From an uncultured bacterium (GTDB taxonomy: Bacteria > Zhuqueibacterota > QNDG01 > CAYUAG01), in the NCBI GenBank assembly GCA_964554015.1, contig CAZKMO010000004.1:1-62583 (forward strand): 62,583 bases of DNA. Direction: 5' to 3'. The first letter of the stretch is position 1; each line of letters begins with the position of its first letter. Below are positions 31,727-41,212 of this stretch, in pieces. The position numbers were made by a program, and so were the translations under genes. The notes beneath the pieces are model-generated. The model worked only from the letters and a program-made list of their open reading frames with translations. It searched no databases and was not told the DNA's origin.

Positions 31727-32539
31727 CTACTTTATCTCTAAGGTATAATCTAATCCAAATAAATCGTCCTCTCCGCAGTCGGCAATAATAATGGTTTTAT
31801 AGGTTCCTGGCTCAACTTCGCTGATATCCATTCTTTTTCTAATGGAAGTCCCTGGAAAAGTACGGGCCACTTCTGCTTCAAAAATACCGATTTTTTCCCC
31901 GGTAGAGTCGTAGAGTTCCGCCCATACAGATGGCCGCACTAACCGTTCTCCTGTATTCTTAATATCGACCAATAAAATTCTTTTCTCGTTATCCTTCATT
32001 AGATTCACATCAAAAAACTCAATATTTTTCTCTCCGGTATTGCCGATATTGGTAACTATCTGTATACCGTACCGGATAACAGTATTAACCGTTACCCCTT
32101 CCTTCTGTTCCGGTACTATTTCTTTGGCCGGTTCCACCAATAACATGCTCCAATACGTACCCGATAAAGTATCAATAACAGGTACCTGTACAATATAGTT
32201 TACAGTAACCTCTGAATTACCCGGAATGTAAAAACGGGTGGGTGTATAGGTTATCCAGGCTGCATTGGACCGTTCAATAGTTCCTGGTGCCGGATAATCT
32301 GAGGTCCCATCATAATAAAATACATAATCTCTCTGATATACCCTTACCAAGGCTGAATCCGGTCCAATATTACGTACAGTAATGGTACCACTCTCACTAT
32401 TCCCGGATAAAATATTTTGTTCATAAGTCAATTCTCCGGCAATGACAACCTGACTTTGAGAAAACAGCGCCGAATTAATTACAAATAAGAAACAAAAGAT
32501 TATATGCTTTATAAAAATTTTTTTATTCATTTTACTCAT
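31727..32539 (-). CDS. Putative periplasmic fimbrial chaperone (two Ig-like domains; PapD/DUF916-like)
   Basis: Signal peptide; GTITVRN..., SNAAWITYTP, GTYWSMLLVEP, RYGIQI and NTGER...RP pattern; overlaps the upstream stop codon. Confidence 0.7.
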   Translation of the reverse strand: MSKMNKKIFIKHIIFCFLFVINSALFSQSQVVIAGELTYEQNILSGNSESGTITVRNIGPDSALVRVYQRDYVFYYDGTSDYPAPGTIERSNAAWITYTPTRFYIPGNSEVTVNYIVQVPVIDTLSGTYWSMLLVEPAKEIVPEQKEGVTVNTVIRYGIQIVTNIGNTGEKNIEFFDVNLMKDNEKRILLVDIKNTGERLVRPSVWAELYDSTGEKIGIFEAEVARTFPGTSIRKRMDISEVEPGTYKTIIIADCGEDDLFGLDYTLEIK

Positions 32540-33080
32540 CTCTTATAGTATAATAAATTGTTGTAGAATAGGTTTGAGAAGGCAGAGTTGCTGATACACC
32601 TCTGATGCGATATTGTATGGGAATATCTGTTACCGAAAATGAGCCCAGCCATCCTAAATTTCCACTTATCTGACCTGAAAAAAATTCAGTATCAGTAGTA
32701 GTAATATTCATATAACTTGTCCCTCCGGAAATGGAATAACTACTTTGATTGCATGTGCCGTCTCCGGTTCTTCTCGCATCTATTAATAAATCTGTATGCC
32801 AGACAACATCTTGTCTATGTATATCAACAGCCCAATTCCAGGTTTTATATCCTGGGAATAAATACAATCTATAAATTTCCACTAGTACCGGATCTCCCGG
32901 ATCACTTGTATACGTACCATTTAAATTACTTCCGGCTCCTCCTTGCAGATCTGCCTGGGTTATATATAGATCCCAATCACCGGTTATGGTAAGAGTTGTC
33001 AATATTTGCGATTTTACCTCACCTGTACAGAACAATAACAGAAGAAGAATTAATAAAAATTTTTTACTACTTTCATACAT
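32532..33080 (-). CDS. Putative minor fimbrial subunit (paralog of 28272..28826)
   Basis: Signal peptide ending VKS-Q; GGTSYMNITTTDTEFFSG; C-terminal TYSTTIYYTIRDE. Alternative start at 33086. Confidence 0.62.
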   Translation of the reverse strand: MYESSKKFLLILLLLLFCTGEVKSQILTTLTITGDWDLYITQADLQGGAGSNLNGTYTSDPGDPVLVEIYRLYLFPGYKTWNWAVDIHRQDVVWHTDLLIDARRTGDGTCNQSSYSISGGTSYMNITTTDTEFFSGQISGNLGWLGSFSVTDIPIQYRIRGVSATLPSQTYSTTIYYTIRDE

Positions 33081-33099
33081 ACACATTCACCCAATCTTA

Positions 33100-33154
33100 A
33101 AAAGGGGAAGTATTTGATCCATAAACTTATCAACATAAACACTTCCCCTTTTTA
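33100..33154 (-). terminator. Intra-operon stem-loop after the major subunit gene
   Basis: Perfect 13-bp arms AAAAAGGGGAAGT / ACTTCCCCTTTTT; ends in U5 on the coding strand. Confidence 0.7.
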
Positions 33155-33179
33155 GCTGCAGTATTCTTCTTAATAAGAA

Positions 33180-33749
33180 TTATTCATCAACTATAGTATA
33201 AGTAATAGTATGAGTAGTATTTGATGTCTCCAAAGAACTAGGATCAGCAGGAATATCTACAACATAATCCAGATTAGCACCACTGGTATTATTAACTCCG
33301 GTCCAACAACTTTCAATACTGGTTATAAGATCCATAGCTGCTCCGCCGTCAAGTGTCTGGGTACTGCCAGTCCCCTGATCACCGGCACCGTCACCGCCGA
33401 TGGTAGCAGTTACATTAAGATCAATTGCAGCAGGCACGGCATCACCAGCCGTAATTTGAGATGTAATTTTTTGAGGTGTTGAAGATGCGGTTAATACAGT
33501 ATAGCGTAAATATAAACTATTGTCAGATGGATCTGTAATAGCATCTCCGGGATTAGAGGGGTCAGCTACGGTAATGGTCAGGGTTTGTCCTGAAAAGCTG
33601 GAACCATCGCTGCCATCATATACACCCAGAAGTCGAATTGTGGGAATACTGATGGTTACATCATGATTATCTGATTGGGCAAAAACACCGCCAGCAAAAC
33701 ATACTAGTAATAATGCGGCAGTAACCAAATAAGTAAATCTTTTCTTCAT
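33180..33749 (-). CDS. Putative major fimbrial subunit
   Basis: AAGGAGGT RBS; signal peptide ending VFA-Q; alternating N-terminal strand HDVTISIP; rich in Thr, Gly, Asp and Ser; C-terminal TITYTIVDE; first gene of the cluster. Confidence 0.65.
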   Translation of the reverse strand: MKKRFTYLVTAALLLVCFAGGVFAQSDNHDVTISIPTIRLLGVYDGSDGSSFSGQTLTITVADPSNPGDAITDPSDNSLYLRYTVLTASSTPQKITSQITAGDAVPAAIDLNVTATIGGDGAGDQGTGSTQTLDGGAAMDLITSIESCWTGVNNTSGANLDYVVDIPADPSSLETSNTTHTITYTIVDE

Positions 33750-33869
33750 CGGTTTTACCTCCTTGTTAATGAGTTCGTTATACATTAAATTCAAAGTTGT
33801 CACCTCCTTCCAATTTTTTATTTTTCATTATCTCTTTACATTTACTTTTTTTACCTTCACTCCCATATC

Positions 33870-33885
33870 ATCAAATAGTGTGCCA
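33870..33885 (-). promoter_or_regulatory. Probable sigma54 promoter of the fimbrial cluster
   Basis: TGGCACACTATTTGAT: perfect TGGCAC -24 element and correct GG-N10 spacing, with GA instead of GC at -12. Confidence 0.5.
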
Positions 33886-34499
33886 AACTTTATTTTTTAC
33901 CAATTTATTACGTAAATGTAACAATTCCTTACTAAATAAATTTCCAATTATTTTAATAAGTAAAATTTATCAATATAATGAGTAAATAGATAAAATTGAA
34001 CAGGTTAGGGAAAATTTTATCCTTCTAATAATTAAATAATTAATTATATTTAAGATATTAAAAAATAGATACTTATTAAACATATTATTAAAATAATATT
34101 AAAAATGAATATTATATAATATAAGTGTAAATCTTTTATTTATATTAGGGAGAAATATTTACCTGATTTAAGGAATTGAGGATATATAAAATAAATTTTA
34201 CTAAATTATGAATTCTTTTTTGGTAAACTTTCAAAATGAATATTTTTCTTTCACTTTGAAAGTCAATCACTTTTTATGATTATTGATAAATATCTGATTC
34301 TAAAGATATTATACATAAAATTGTAAACTCAAATTTCTAAAAAGAAAATTGCATCACCTAGACAAAAACCTGGTTCCTGCCGGAGAGGAAAATCCAAAAT
34401 CAATATAAACTAAGAAGATTGCTTCCCTCTCCTTGTTCTATCTTAAAGTAAGAGAGGAATCATTAATATCCCCTAAATTTACTAAACCAGTTTCCTGTT

Positions 34500-35918
34500 T
34501 TATTGGGAAACATTCCTTAACTGATTTAAAAAAGTTGGATCATTTTGAAGGCTTTTACCTTCTGCTACTAATTTATTTCCCCTGCTAGTAAGGGTACGTA
34601 AAGCAATAAATTTATTATAATTATGCTTATGTAAGGGAAAAATGGAATTATTAGTTAAAATAGGATCGTTGGTTTCAGATAATAAACCAATCTTGATGGA
34701 CTCATACCAGTATTTTGTACCTGGTATAGGTGAATACGATGCCAAGGAAACCTTGATATCCTGTTCATACACAAATAGCATACTATCAATTATTTCATGA
34801 AAATCTTGATGTGGGAGCCCCATTAAAATATAGGCACTGATATCTTTATTTTTAAATCCGGCTTTTATTAAATTATCTATAGCCGTACATAAATCGTCAT
34901 TAGTTACTTTAGAACATAATTCTTTTTGCCTTTTTATATTTACCGATTCATAACTTAAATTAATTTTTTTGAATCCGGCAGTTTTCATTAAACTGGCAAC
35001 GGATCTGTCAACCTCACGAGTTTGTATACCATTGGGAATGTGAAAATGAATATTTAAATTTTTATCAATTATTTCCTGTAATAAGGGAATAATATGCTCA
35101 TCTTTTTTATAAAGAAGAGCATCATCATAAAAGGCAAATTCAACGACTCTCAGTTCACAATTTAAATATATAATTTCCTGAATAATTTTGTTAATACTTC
35201 TCCTACGATATTTACCGGAAAGAATATTGGAAGCACATACCGGACAATTAAAAGGACACCCTCTTGAACTCAATAAAGCCACACTCTCAAGAGAAGTATA
35301 CAAATCATAAGCAGGAATAGGATAGTCATCCAAACCTTTATATTTTTCCCAAGCGGAGGAATTTCCGGTTAACTGATCCACTATTTTTAAAGTTTCGACT
35401 TCACCTTCACCTGATATAACATAATCAGCTCCGGATACTTTTTGAGCATGTTCATAACACAAGGTTACATAAATTCCTCCCAGAACCACTGGAATCTTAG
35501 GAAAGATACTTTTTAACAGTTCTATAATTTGTATAACACCAGGATACCAGTAGGTCATGGAAGAAGAAACTAAAATAACATCAGGAGAATTTAAATTTTT
35601 TATCTGATTGCGAACTAAGGTATAGGGTAAGCCATATCTGCTGTAATAGCGAGGTACCCATTTTAGGGAAGCAGGTTTTTCAATATTTGTTTTTAAAAAA
35701 TGCCCGGTTCCATCTCTTTTTAATCTCTTGTTTCTATTGAGATTAGATAATAAATTAGAATTACGATCCAAACAATCAAGAAGAGTTACCTGATAATTAT
35801 TTTCCCGAAGAATATTAGCAATAATAAGAAAACCAAGGGGTTTGATCCAGAAATCATAGGCGGCAAAATCAATAATCCAGGGATTAACCAGAAGAATATT
35901 TGCCTTATAAAAAGACAA
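34500..35918 (-). CDS. B12-binding domain radical SAM protein
   Basis: N-terminal cobalamin-binding fold (SSSMTYWYPGV, VVLGGIY); SRGCPFNCPVC (CxxxCxxC). Confidence 0.88.
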   Translation of the reverse strand: MSFYKANILLVNPWIIDFAAYDFWIKPLGFLIIANILRENNYQVTLLDCLDRNSNLLSNLNRNKRLKRDGTGHFLKTNIEKPASLKWVPRYYSRYGLPYTLVRNQIKNLNSPDVILVSSSMTYWYPGVIQIIELLKSIFPKIPVVLGGIYVTLCYEHAQKVSGADYVISGEGEVETLKIVDQLTGNSSAWEKYKGLDDYPIPAYDLYTSLESVALLSSRGCPFNCPVCASNILSGKYRRRSINKIIQEIIYLNCELRVVEFAFYDDALLYKKDEHIIPLLQEIIDKNLNIHFHIPNGIQTREVDRSVASLMKTAGFKKINLSYESVNIKRQKELCSKVTNDDLCTAIDNLIKAGFKNKDISAYILMGLPHQDFHEIIDSMLFVYEQDIKVSLASYSPIPGTKYWYESIKIGLLSETNDPILTNNSIFPLHKHNYNKFIALRTLTSRGNKLVAEGKSLQNDPTFLNQLRNVSQ

Positions 35919-35921
35919 ATG

Positions 35922-36290
35922 CTACTCCTGTTTTACTTTTTCTTGTTCCGTTGAAGTCACCTCTCTATCTCTTTCGGTATCTTTCACAATAAGCAATATA
36001 CCAATAATTATCATTATAATAGGAAATAAGGGTAAATCATAAAACCAATCCAAACTCTCCCCCAACCAAAGCACACCCAAACATATAAAAATCACTCCCC
36101 AAATAAAGGAATGTTTTGGTTTATGTTTCCTAATTCTTTTGGATACACTATTTGCTTTTTGCTCAATGTCTTTAGAAAATTTTCTTCCTTCTTTATCAAT
36201 TTTTTGACCAATATCCTCTATTTTCTTTTCTAATCCTTCAAGTTTTTCCTGTAATATTTCTTCCCATGATTTATTCTTATTATCACTCAC
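35922..36290 (-). CDS. Small membrane protein, coiled coil plus LiaF/DUF5668-like two-TM module
   Basis: WGVIFICLGVLWL...FPIIMIIIGILLI; GAGGAG RBS. Confidence 0.7.
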   Translation of the reverse strand: MSDNKNKSWEEILQEKLEGLEKKIEDIGQKIDKEGRKFSKDIEQKANSVSKRIRKHKPKHSFIWGVIFICLGVLWLGESLDWFYDLPLFPIIMIIIGILLIVKDTERDREVTSTEQEKVKQE

Positions 36291-36418
36291 GATCCATATC
36301 TCCTCTTAATTCTATCAATTATTATAACAAATGTTTTCTGATTTGCAAAATAATATATCTCAAATCAATAATATCCTTAACATCATTACTGTAAATAGAT
36401 GACTTATAGGAAGTAACT

Positions 36419-36769
36419 TCAACTAATAAACTTAATAGTAAAAGGATAGTTATATTCCTCATTATTATTTATTTTAACAATAGCGACCACCACCAAAACA
36501 ACATCCACAATAACAATCAAAGGAAGAAGAATAAAACCTATAAAAACTACGATGAGAATCATAGAAATGATAAAATATAGAGTCATGGATATTTGAAAAT
36601 TTAATGATTTTTTACCTTCTTTATCCACAGAAGGAAATTCGTCCTTTTTGATTGCCCATATTATAAGTGGTCCTAATATATTCCCAAAAGGTATACCTAT
36701 AAATATGGACAAAGCAGTAATATGGCATAGATTAATCCATAAGTTCTCATTATTTTTTTTCTCAGCCAT
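36419..36769 (-). CDS. DUF4870-family membrane protein
   Basis: LCH.TAL, GPLIIWAIKKDE, GKKSLNFQIS and YNYPFTIKF motifs. Confidence 0.85.
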   Translation of the reverse strand: MAEKKNNENLWINLCHITALSIFIGIPFGNILGPLIIWAIKKDEFPSVDKEGKKSLNFQISMTLYFIISMILIVVFIGFILLPLIVIVDVVLVVVAIVKINNNEEYNYPFTIKFIS

Positions 36770-36950
36770 AATTGCACCTCATTTTTACCATGGTATACGG
36801 TATAATACACTTAATAGTTACATTATTAATAATTTTCATCAGGTTTGACTTCCTTACAGTTTCTACTACATCATTAAATAATTAATTAAAGAAATTTTTT
36901 AAATTTATATTAAAGTAGATATAGATCCAAGTAGAGATTACAAAAGATGA

Positions 36951-37808
36951 CTAATTAGCATCCATTTGCTGTAAATAATTAATTATTCTTTTTTTCAATT
37001 TTTCATTTTCTGTGGATTGGGCCAGAGAACGTAAATATGATTTGGTAATCGTATTATGATCAATTTGTTCATATTTTATGTACCGCATTAACCAGGATAA
37101 CATATTTTTAACATAACGGGGACACCCCTCTTTATCAACAGCTTGTAAAATAAATTCAACAGATTTGGCTGGATTTTTTTTATACATCCACTCAATCCAA
37201 CCTAAATAAAAAGGAAACTTCCATGAATCTTTATTTGCCGCAAGTCCTTTTTTTAACAGATTATATGCTTTATCAATCTCAAATGTATCTAATAATAAAT
37301 ATACTCCTCCGAAAATGTAAGGAAACTCAAAATGAGGATCTATGGTAGTTACTCTATCCAGTAAGGGGTAAATATATAATACGTTCTCACTTCGCTTATT
37401 TCCCCGAACTACTTTTTTGCTTATTTCTTCTGTTATATTCCACAGTGAATCATTTTCACTTGTTTTTAACCTGGTATCCTGATTATTTGTAAAAGTTGAA
37501 TCTGCTACTTCTGTACTGGGATAAATATCCTGTCCGGTTTTGAGTGCATATCTGTAATAAGCATTATCATGATCAATGGTTCTTCTCCCATAATACAAAA
37601 CACTCCTGATCCATAAATAATCAGCTGTTACTCCTCTAAATCCCATACTCAACCATTTTAAAATTTCACCATCCGGCAAAAAAACCGGATTTAAATCAAG
37701 AAACTTTATTTCTTTATAGGTGTCAAAATATTTTTGTATGCTAAATATGCTAAATACCAGCAAAAGGCAAATTACTAATAAAATAATTTTCTTCAAAATA
37801 TTATTCAT
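36951..37808 (-). CDS. Membrane-anchored TPR-like protein of pilin-associated ABC loci (XapA-like)
   Basis: SMGFRGVTADYLWIRSVLYYG and LDRVTTIDPHFEFPY motifs; helical-repeat C-terminus; co-transcribed with an ABC permease and ATPase. Confidence 0.65.
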   Translation of the reverse strand: MNNILKKIILLVICLLLVFSIFSIQKYFDTYKEIKFLDLNPVFLPDGEILKWLSMGFRGVTADYLWIRSVLYYGRRTIDHDNAYYRYALKTGQDIYPSTEVADSTFTNNQDTRLKTSENDSLWNITEEISKKVVRGNKRSENVLYIYPLLDRVTTIDPHFEFPYIFGGVYLLLDTFEIDKAYNLLKKGLAANKDSWKFPFYLGWIEWMYKKNPAKSVEFILQAVDKEGCPRYVKNMLSWLMRYIKYEQIDHNTITKSYLRSLAQSTENEKLKKRIINYLQQMDAN

Positions 37809-37813
37809 GATTA

Positions 37814-38578
37814 CTATTTAAAATCTTTTCTATTGAATATAAAACAAGTTATTATTAATATTAGACTTATATATAATAATCCATACAAAATACCAAAAAT
37901 TAAAAAATGAGGAGGCATCCCAAGTTTCTCCACTACAGCTATTTTCAAATTTAAATTTTCAAGATTAGGTAGCACATAATAAATTATTTTAAGCAACCAA
38001 TGGAATCCTTTATCAGGATAAATTACTACATAATCTCTTAAAAAGGGAGAAATATGCCCTACAATAAAAATAACGAAGGTATAAATCGCACTCAGGGTGG
38101 GAGAAGTAAAGGATGAGAAAAGAAGAGCGAAAGCAATAATTAAAAGAATCTCAATGTAGATAAGAATTACTGCAGGAATAAGTGAAAAATCAATATATCC
38201 TTCCATGATATAACTAATGCACCATAAAGCAATACTCATAAATAAAATATTTATAAGAAGTGTTATACTTAAACCCCAATATTTACCAATAACAATTTCC
38301 CATCTTTTTATCGGTTTGGAAGCAATCAAATAAATTGTTTTTTCTTTCAGTTCCTGAATGACTAGTTGAATACCAATAAAAATTGCTATCAATAAACCAA
38401 ATATTGACATAGCCGAAAGTCCTATATCCTTGATTACTTTTATCTGATGCCCTATTGACCAGTCACCGACAATAAATGAAAATAAAATAAGAAATATGGC
38501 AAAAATAAGTATATTCAATAATACTTTATTACGAAGAGTTTCCTTGAAGGTATTAATGGCCACAGCCCAAATACGCAT
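37814..38578 (-). CDS. ABC transporter permease (PilI/XapB-like)
   Basis: AINTFKETLRNK, KTIYLIASKPIKRWEIVIGKY and YYVLPNL motifs; six TM helices. Confidence 0.85.
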   Translation of the reverse strand: MRIWAVAINTFKETLRNKVLLNILIFAIFLILFSFIVGDWSIGHQIKVIKDIGLSAMSIFGLLIAIFIGIQLVIQELKEKTIYLIASKPIKRWEIVIGKYWGLSITLLINILFMSIALWCISYIMEGYIDFSLIPAVILIYIEILLIIAFALLFSSFTSPTLSAIYTFVIFIVGHISPFLRDYVVIYPDKGFHWLLKIIYYVLPNLENLNLKIAVVEKLGMPPHFLIFGILYGLLYISLILIITCFIFNRKDFK

Positions 38579-38579
38579 G

Positions 38580-39506
38580 TTATTCCCTCCCTAACTCTTT
38601 AATAAATATGTCTTCAAGGCGATCCCGATGAGGAATAATTGAAACAATTTCACCCTTAAGATTGATAACCCTGGTTACTAATTCTTTTACTTCCTGTTTA
38701 TTGGATACAGTAACCAAGAAGGTATCACCGTTTTTAATGATTTCATCTTGATTTATATGAATCTCAGAAAGTTTATCACTTGCTAAAGAGAAGGTAAGCT
38801 CAACTGAAGATGTCTGCTTATAGATTATTTCATCAAGCATATCAGTCTTGATCAATTGGCCTTTGTTTATCATAGCGACCCTGTCAGCAATCATCTCAGC
38901 ATCGGAAAGAATATGAGAGCTGAAAAAGATAGTTTTTCCCTCCTTCTTCAATCTCATAATTAAATTTCTGAAATCTCTTCTCCCTACCGGATCTAATCCG
39001 GACATAGGTTCGTCTAAAATTAAAATATCCGGATCATTAATTAGAGCCTGGGCTAAAGCTAATCTCTGAACCATTCCCCGGGAATATTTTTTAATTAATT
39101 TATCAGCATTATCATCTAATCCAACCAGATCTATTAAGGCTGAAATCTTGGATTTTTGTTCTTTAGAATCTTGCTTGAATAATCTGGCAACAAAGTGTAA
39201 AAACTCTCGTCCCTTTAAATAACCATAGATATTCGGATGTTCAGGTAAATATCCTACTCGCTTCATAGATAAATGAGAAGTGTTTTCTTGGCCAAAAATA
39301 AAAATTTTTCCCTTGGTGGGAAATATCAATCTGGTTATTAATTTGATAGTGGTTGTTTTACCTGCACCGTTTGGTCCGATGAAGGCAAATACTTCCCCTT
39401 CCTCTATGGTACAATTTAAATCTTTTAGAGCAAGAACATCCTTGGCTTCCAGACCACCTTTATACACTTTGGTTAAGTTTTCAATAACAATGGGTTTAAT
39501 TGCCAT
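38580..39506 (-). CDS. ABC transporter ATP-binding protein (PilH/XapD-like)
   Basis: GPNGAGKTT, YSRGMVQR, ILDEP and SSHIL motifs; start moved to the ATG at 39506 (MAIKPIVIE). Confidence 0.92.
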   Translation of the reverse strand: MAIKPIVIENLTKVYKGGLEAKDVLALKDLNCTIEEGEVFAFIGPNGAGKTTTIKLITRLIFPTKGKIFIFGQENTSHLSMKRVGYLPEHPNIYGYLKGREFLHFVARLFKQDSKEQKSKISALIDLVGLDDNADKLIKKYSRGMVQRLALAQALINDPDILILDEPMSGLDPVGRRDFRNLIMRLKKEGKTIFFSSHILSDAEMIADRVAMINKGQLIKTDMLDEIIYKQTSSVELTFSLASDKLSEIHINQDEIIKNGDTFLVTVSNKQEVKELVTRVINLKGEIVSIIPHRDRLEDIFIKELGRE

Positions 39507-39799
39507 AATCCCCTCGCAATAATATTTTACTAAAAAAAAGTAATAAAATAATGCAAAAAATGCAATAATAATGATCAATAAAAATTATATTTCAATATTT
39601 TGCTTTTAATTACTAAACGTTAAATCGAAATAATTACGTTGAGATACTTTTTATAAATTCATCATACCCTTTGCTGTATTTTAAAATACTACTCCATGAT
39701 GTAGAAGATTTTCTGCATATTTTTATTATCCCTTAAAGATTTATTTTTTTAATTTTATTATGGTAAAAACTCATTAATATACTTTTTACTTACCAATAG

Positions 39800-40699
39800 T
39801 TAACCTTTCAAGCCGGATTCTTCTAATACCAATGGGGTTATTTTTTCCCACATAAGGGGCATAAGATGTATTCCCCTTATACCGGATATCTCTCGTATCT
39901 CTTGAATTATTTCGCTGGCAATTTTAACTCCTTCTGATTGTTTTTCTTCTTTTCCTCCGGCATTTTTCATTCGATTTATTAATTTTTCCGGTATTACCAT
40001 TCCGGGAACATCCCTTTTCATGTTTTCCAAAGCTGTTTCCGATTTAACCGGCATTACTCCGGCCAGAATTGCTGCTTTTTCATGCAACCCTTTTTCTCTC
40101 ACTTGTTGCATCCATTCCTTAAAAATAACAATATCAAAAACCGGTTGAGTTTGGATAAATCGGGCACCAGCTTTAATTTTCTTTCCTAGCCGTAAAATCC
40201 TCATTGCCATAGGCGGAGCAAAAGGATTTGCTGCCGCTCCTACTAAAAAATCCGGTGGGGTTTTTATCGATCCTCCGGAAATAAATCTCCCTTTATTCAT
40301 ACGATCAACTGTTGCTACCAGTTGTATGGAATCCAAATCAAATACTGGTTTTGCCTCCGGGTGATTTCCAAATTTTTGAAAGTCGCCAGTCAAACATAAG
40401 ACATTATTAATGCCACAGGCTGCAGCCCCCAACAAATCACTTTGAATAGCTATACGATTACGATCTCTGCAGGTCATCTGGATTATCGGTTCCAAACCTT
40501 CCTGAATAGCAATAACCGCAGAGGCTATACTGGAAAGTCTGACAATTGCAGTCTGATTATCTGTAATGTTCACGGCATCAACATTATACTGAAAATACTT
40601 TGCTTTCTTTCTGATTATATTTCCGTTAGCACTCTGAGGCGGGCCTAATTCCGCAGTTACAATAAATTTTCCTGTATTAATCTTCTCATGTAAAGTCAT
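39800..40699 (-). CDS. metF: Methylenetetrahydrofolate reductase (MetF, anaerobe type)
   Basis: AELGPP, NITDNQTAIVRLSS, QMTCRDRNRIAIQSDLLGA and QTQPVFD motifs. Confidence 0.92.
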   Translation of the reverse strand: MTLHEKINTGKFIVTAELGPPQSANGNIIRKKAKYFQYNVDAVNITDNQTAIVRLSSIASAVIAIQEGLEPIIQMTCRDRNRIAIQSDLLGAAACGINNVLCLTGDFQKFGNHPEAKPVFDLDSIQLVATVDRMNKGRFISGGSIKTPPDFLVGAAANPFAPPMAMRILRLGKKIKAGARFIQTQPVFDIVIFKEWMQQVREKGLHEKAAILAGVMPVKSETALENMKRDVPGMVIPEKLINRMKNAGGKEEKQSEGVKIASEIIQEIREISGIRGIHLMPLMWEKITPLVLEESGLKG

Positions 40700-41126
40700 T
40701 ATAATTGTTCCTTTTATTCATGAAAAATGTAGGGGGTTTAATTCGTTTAGTAAATACATTTAACCAAGCTGAGGTCTTTTCCAGTTTCCAGTTATGTATA
40801 GATTCAATTCTATACAAAAAAGGCATTCTTCCCAATAATTTTGATCGCTTATAAACAAGATACCAGATACATTTTCTCTCCGGATAAACTTCACAATATC
40901 CACCTTCTCTGGTTCCTCCACAGGGCCCATTTCTTAATCGTTTAGGACAGCGCTGAGAACAGACAAAACCGGTATGACTTAACAGACATTCACCGCAATG
41001 ATGACATTTAAATATTGGAACCTTAATTACATCCTCAAAAAATAACATGATCCGGGATAAAATTCTTTCCCATATAGTACGATCCTCCTTATCAATTCTA
41101 CATAATTCCACTGTATTGTCAACCAT
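40686..41126 (-). CDS. metV: MTHFR C-terminal-domain Cys-rich partner protein (MetV-like)
   Basis: CHHCGECLL..TGFVC..RCPKRLRNGPCGG...CEV...RKCIW; overlaps the metF start; AGGAGG RBS. Confidence 0.8.
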   Translation of the reverse strand: MVDNTVELCRIDKEDRTIWERILSRIMLFFEDVIKVPIFKCHHCGECLLSHTGFVCSQRCPKRLRNGPCGGTREGGYCEVYPERKCIWYLVYKRSKLLGRMPFLYRIESIHNWKLEKTSAWLNVFTKRIKPPTFFMNKRNNYNDFT

Positions 41127-41212
41127 GTAGCCTCCTCATGTTTTCTTATTCTGTTGTTCTAATAATATATAATTGATAGGTTTCAATTACAAGAAAAATC
41201 TAAATTAAAAAA

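Noticed and set aside
33797-33985. 62-aa plus-strand ORF upstream of the fimbrial cluster
   Set aside because: Antisense to the promoter/5' UTR of the major subunit, with AT-rich spacer composition and no RBS.
34380-34460. GGAGAGG/CCTCTCC inverted repeats downstream of the radical SAM gene as a riboswitch or terminator
   Set aside because: Short stems, no U tract and no recognisable aptamer; not enough support.
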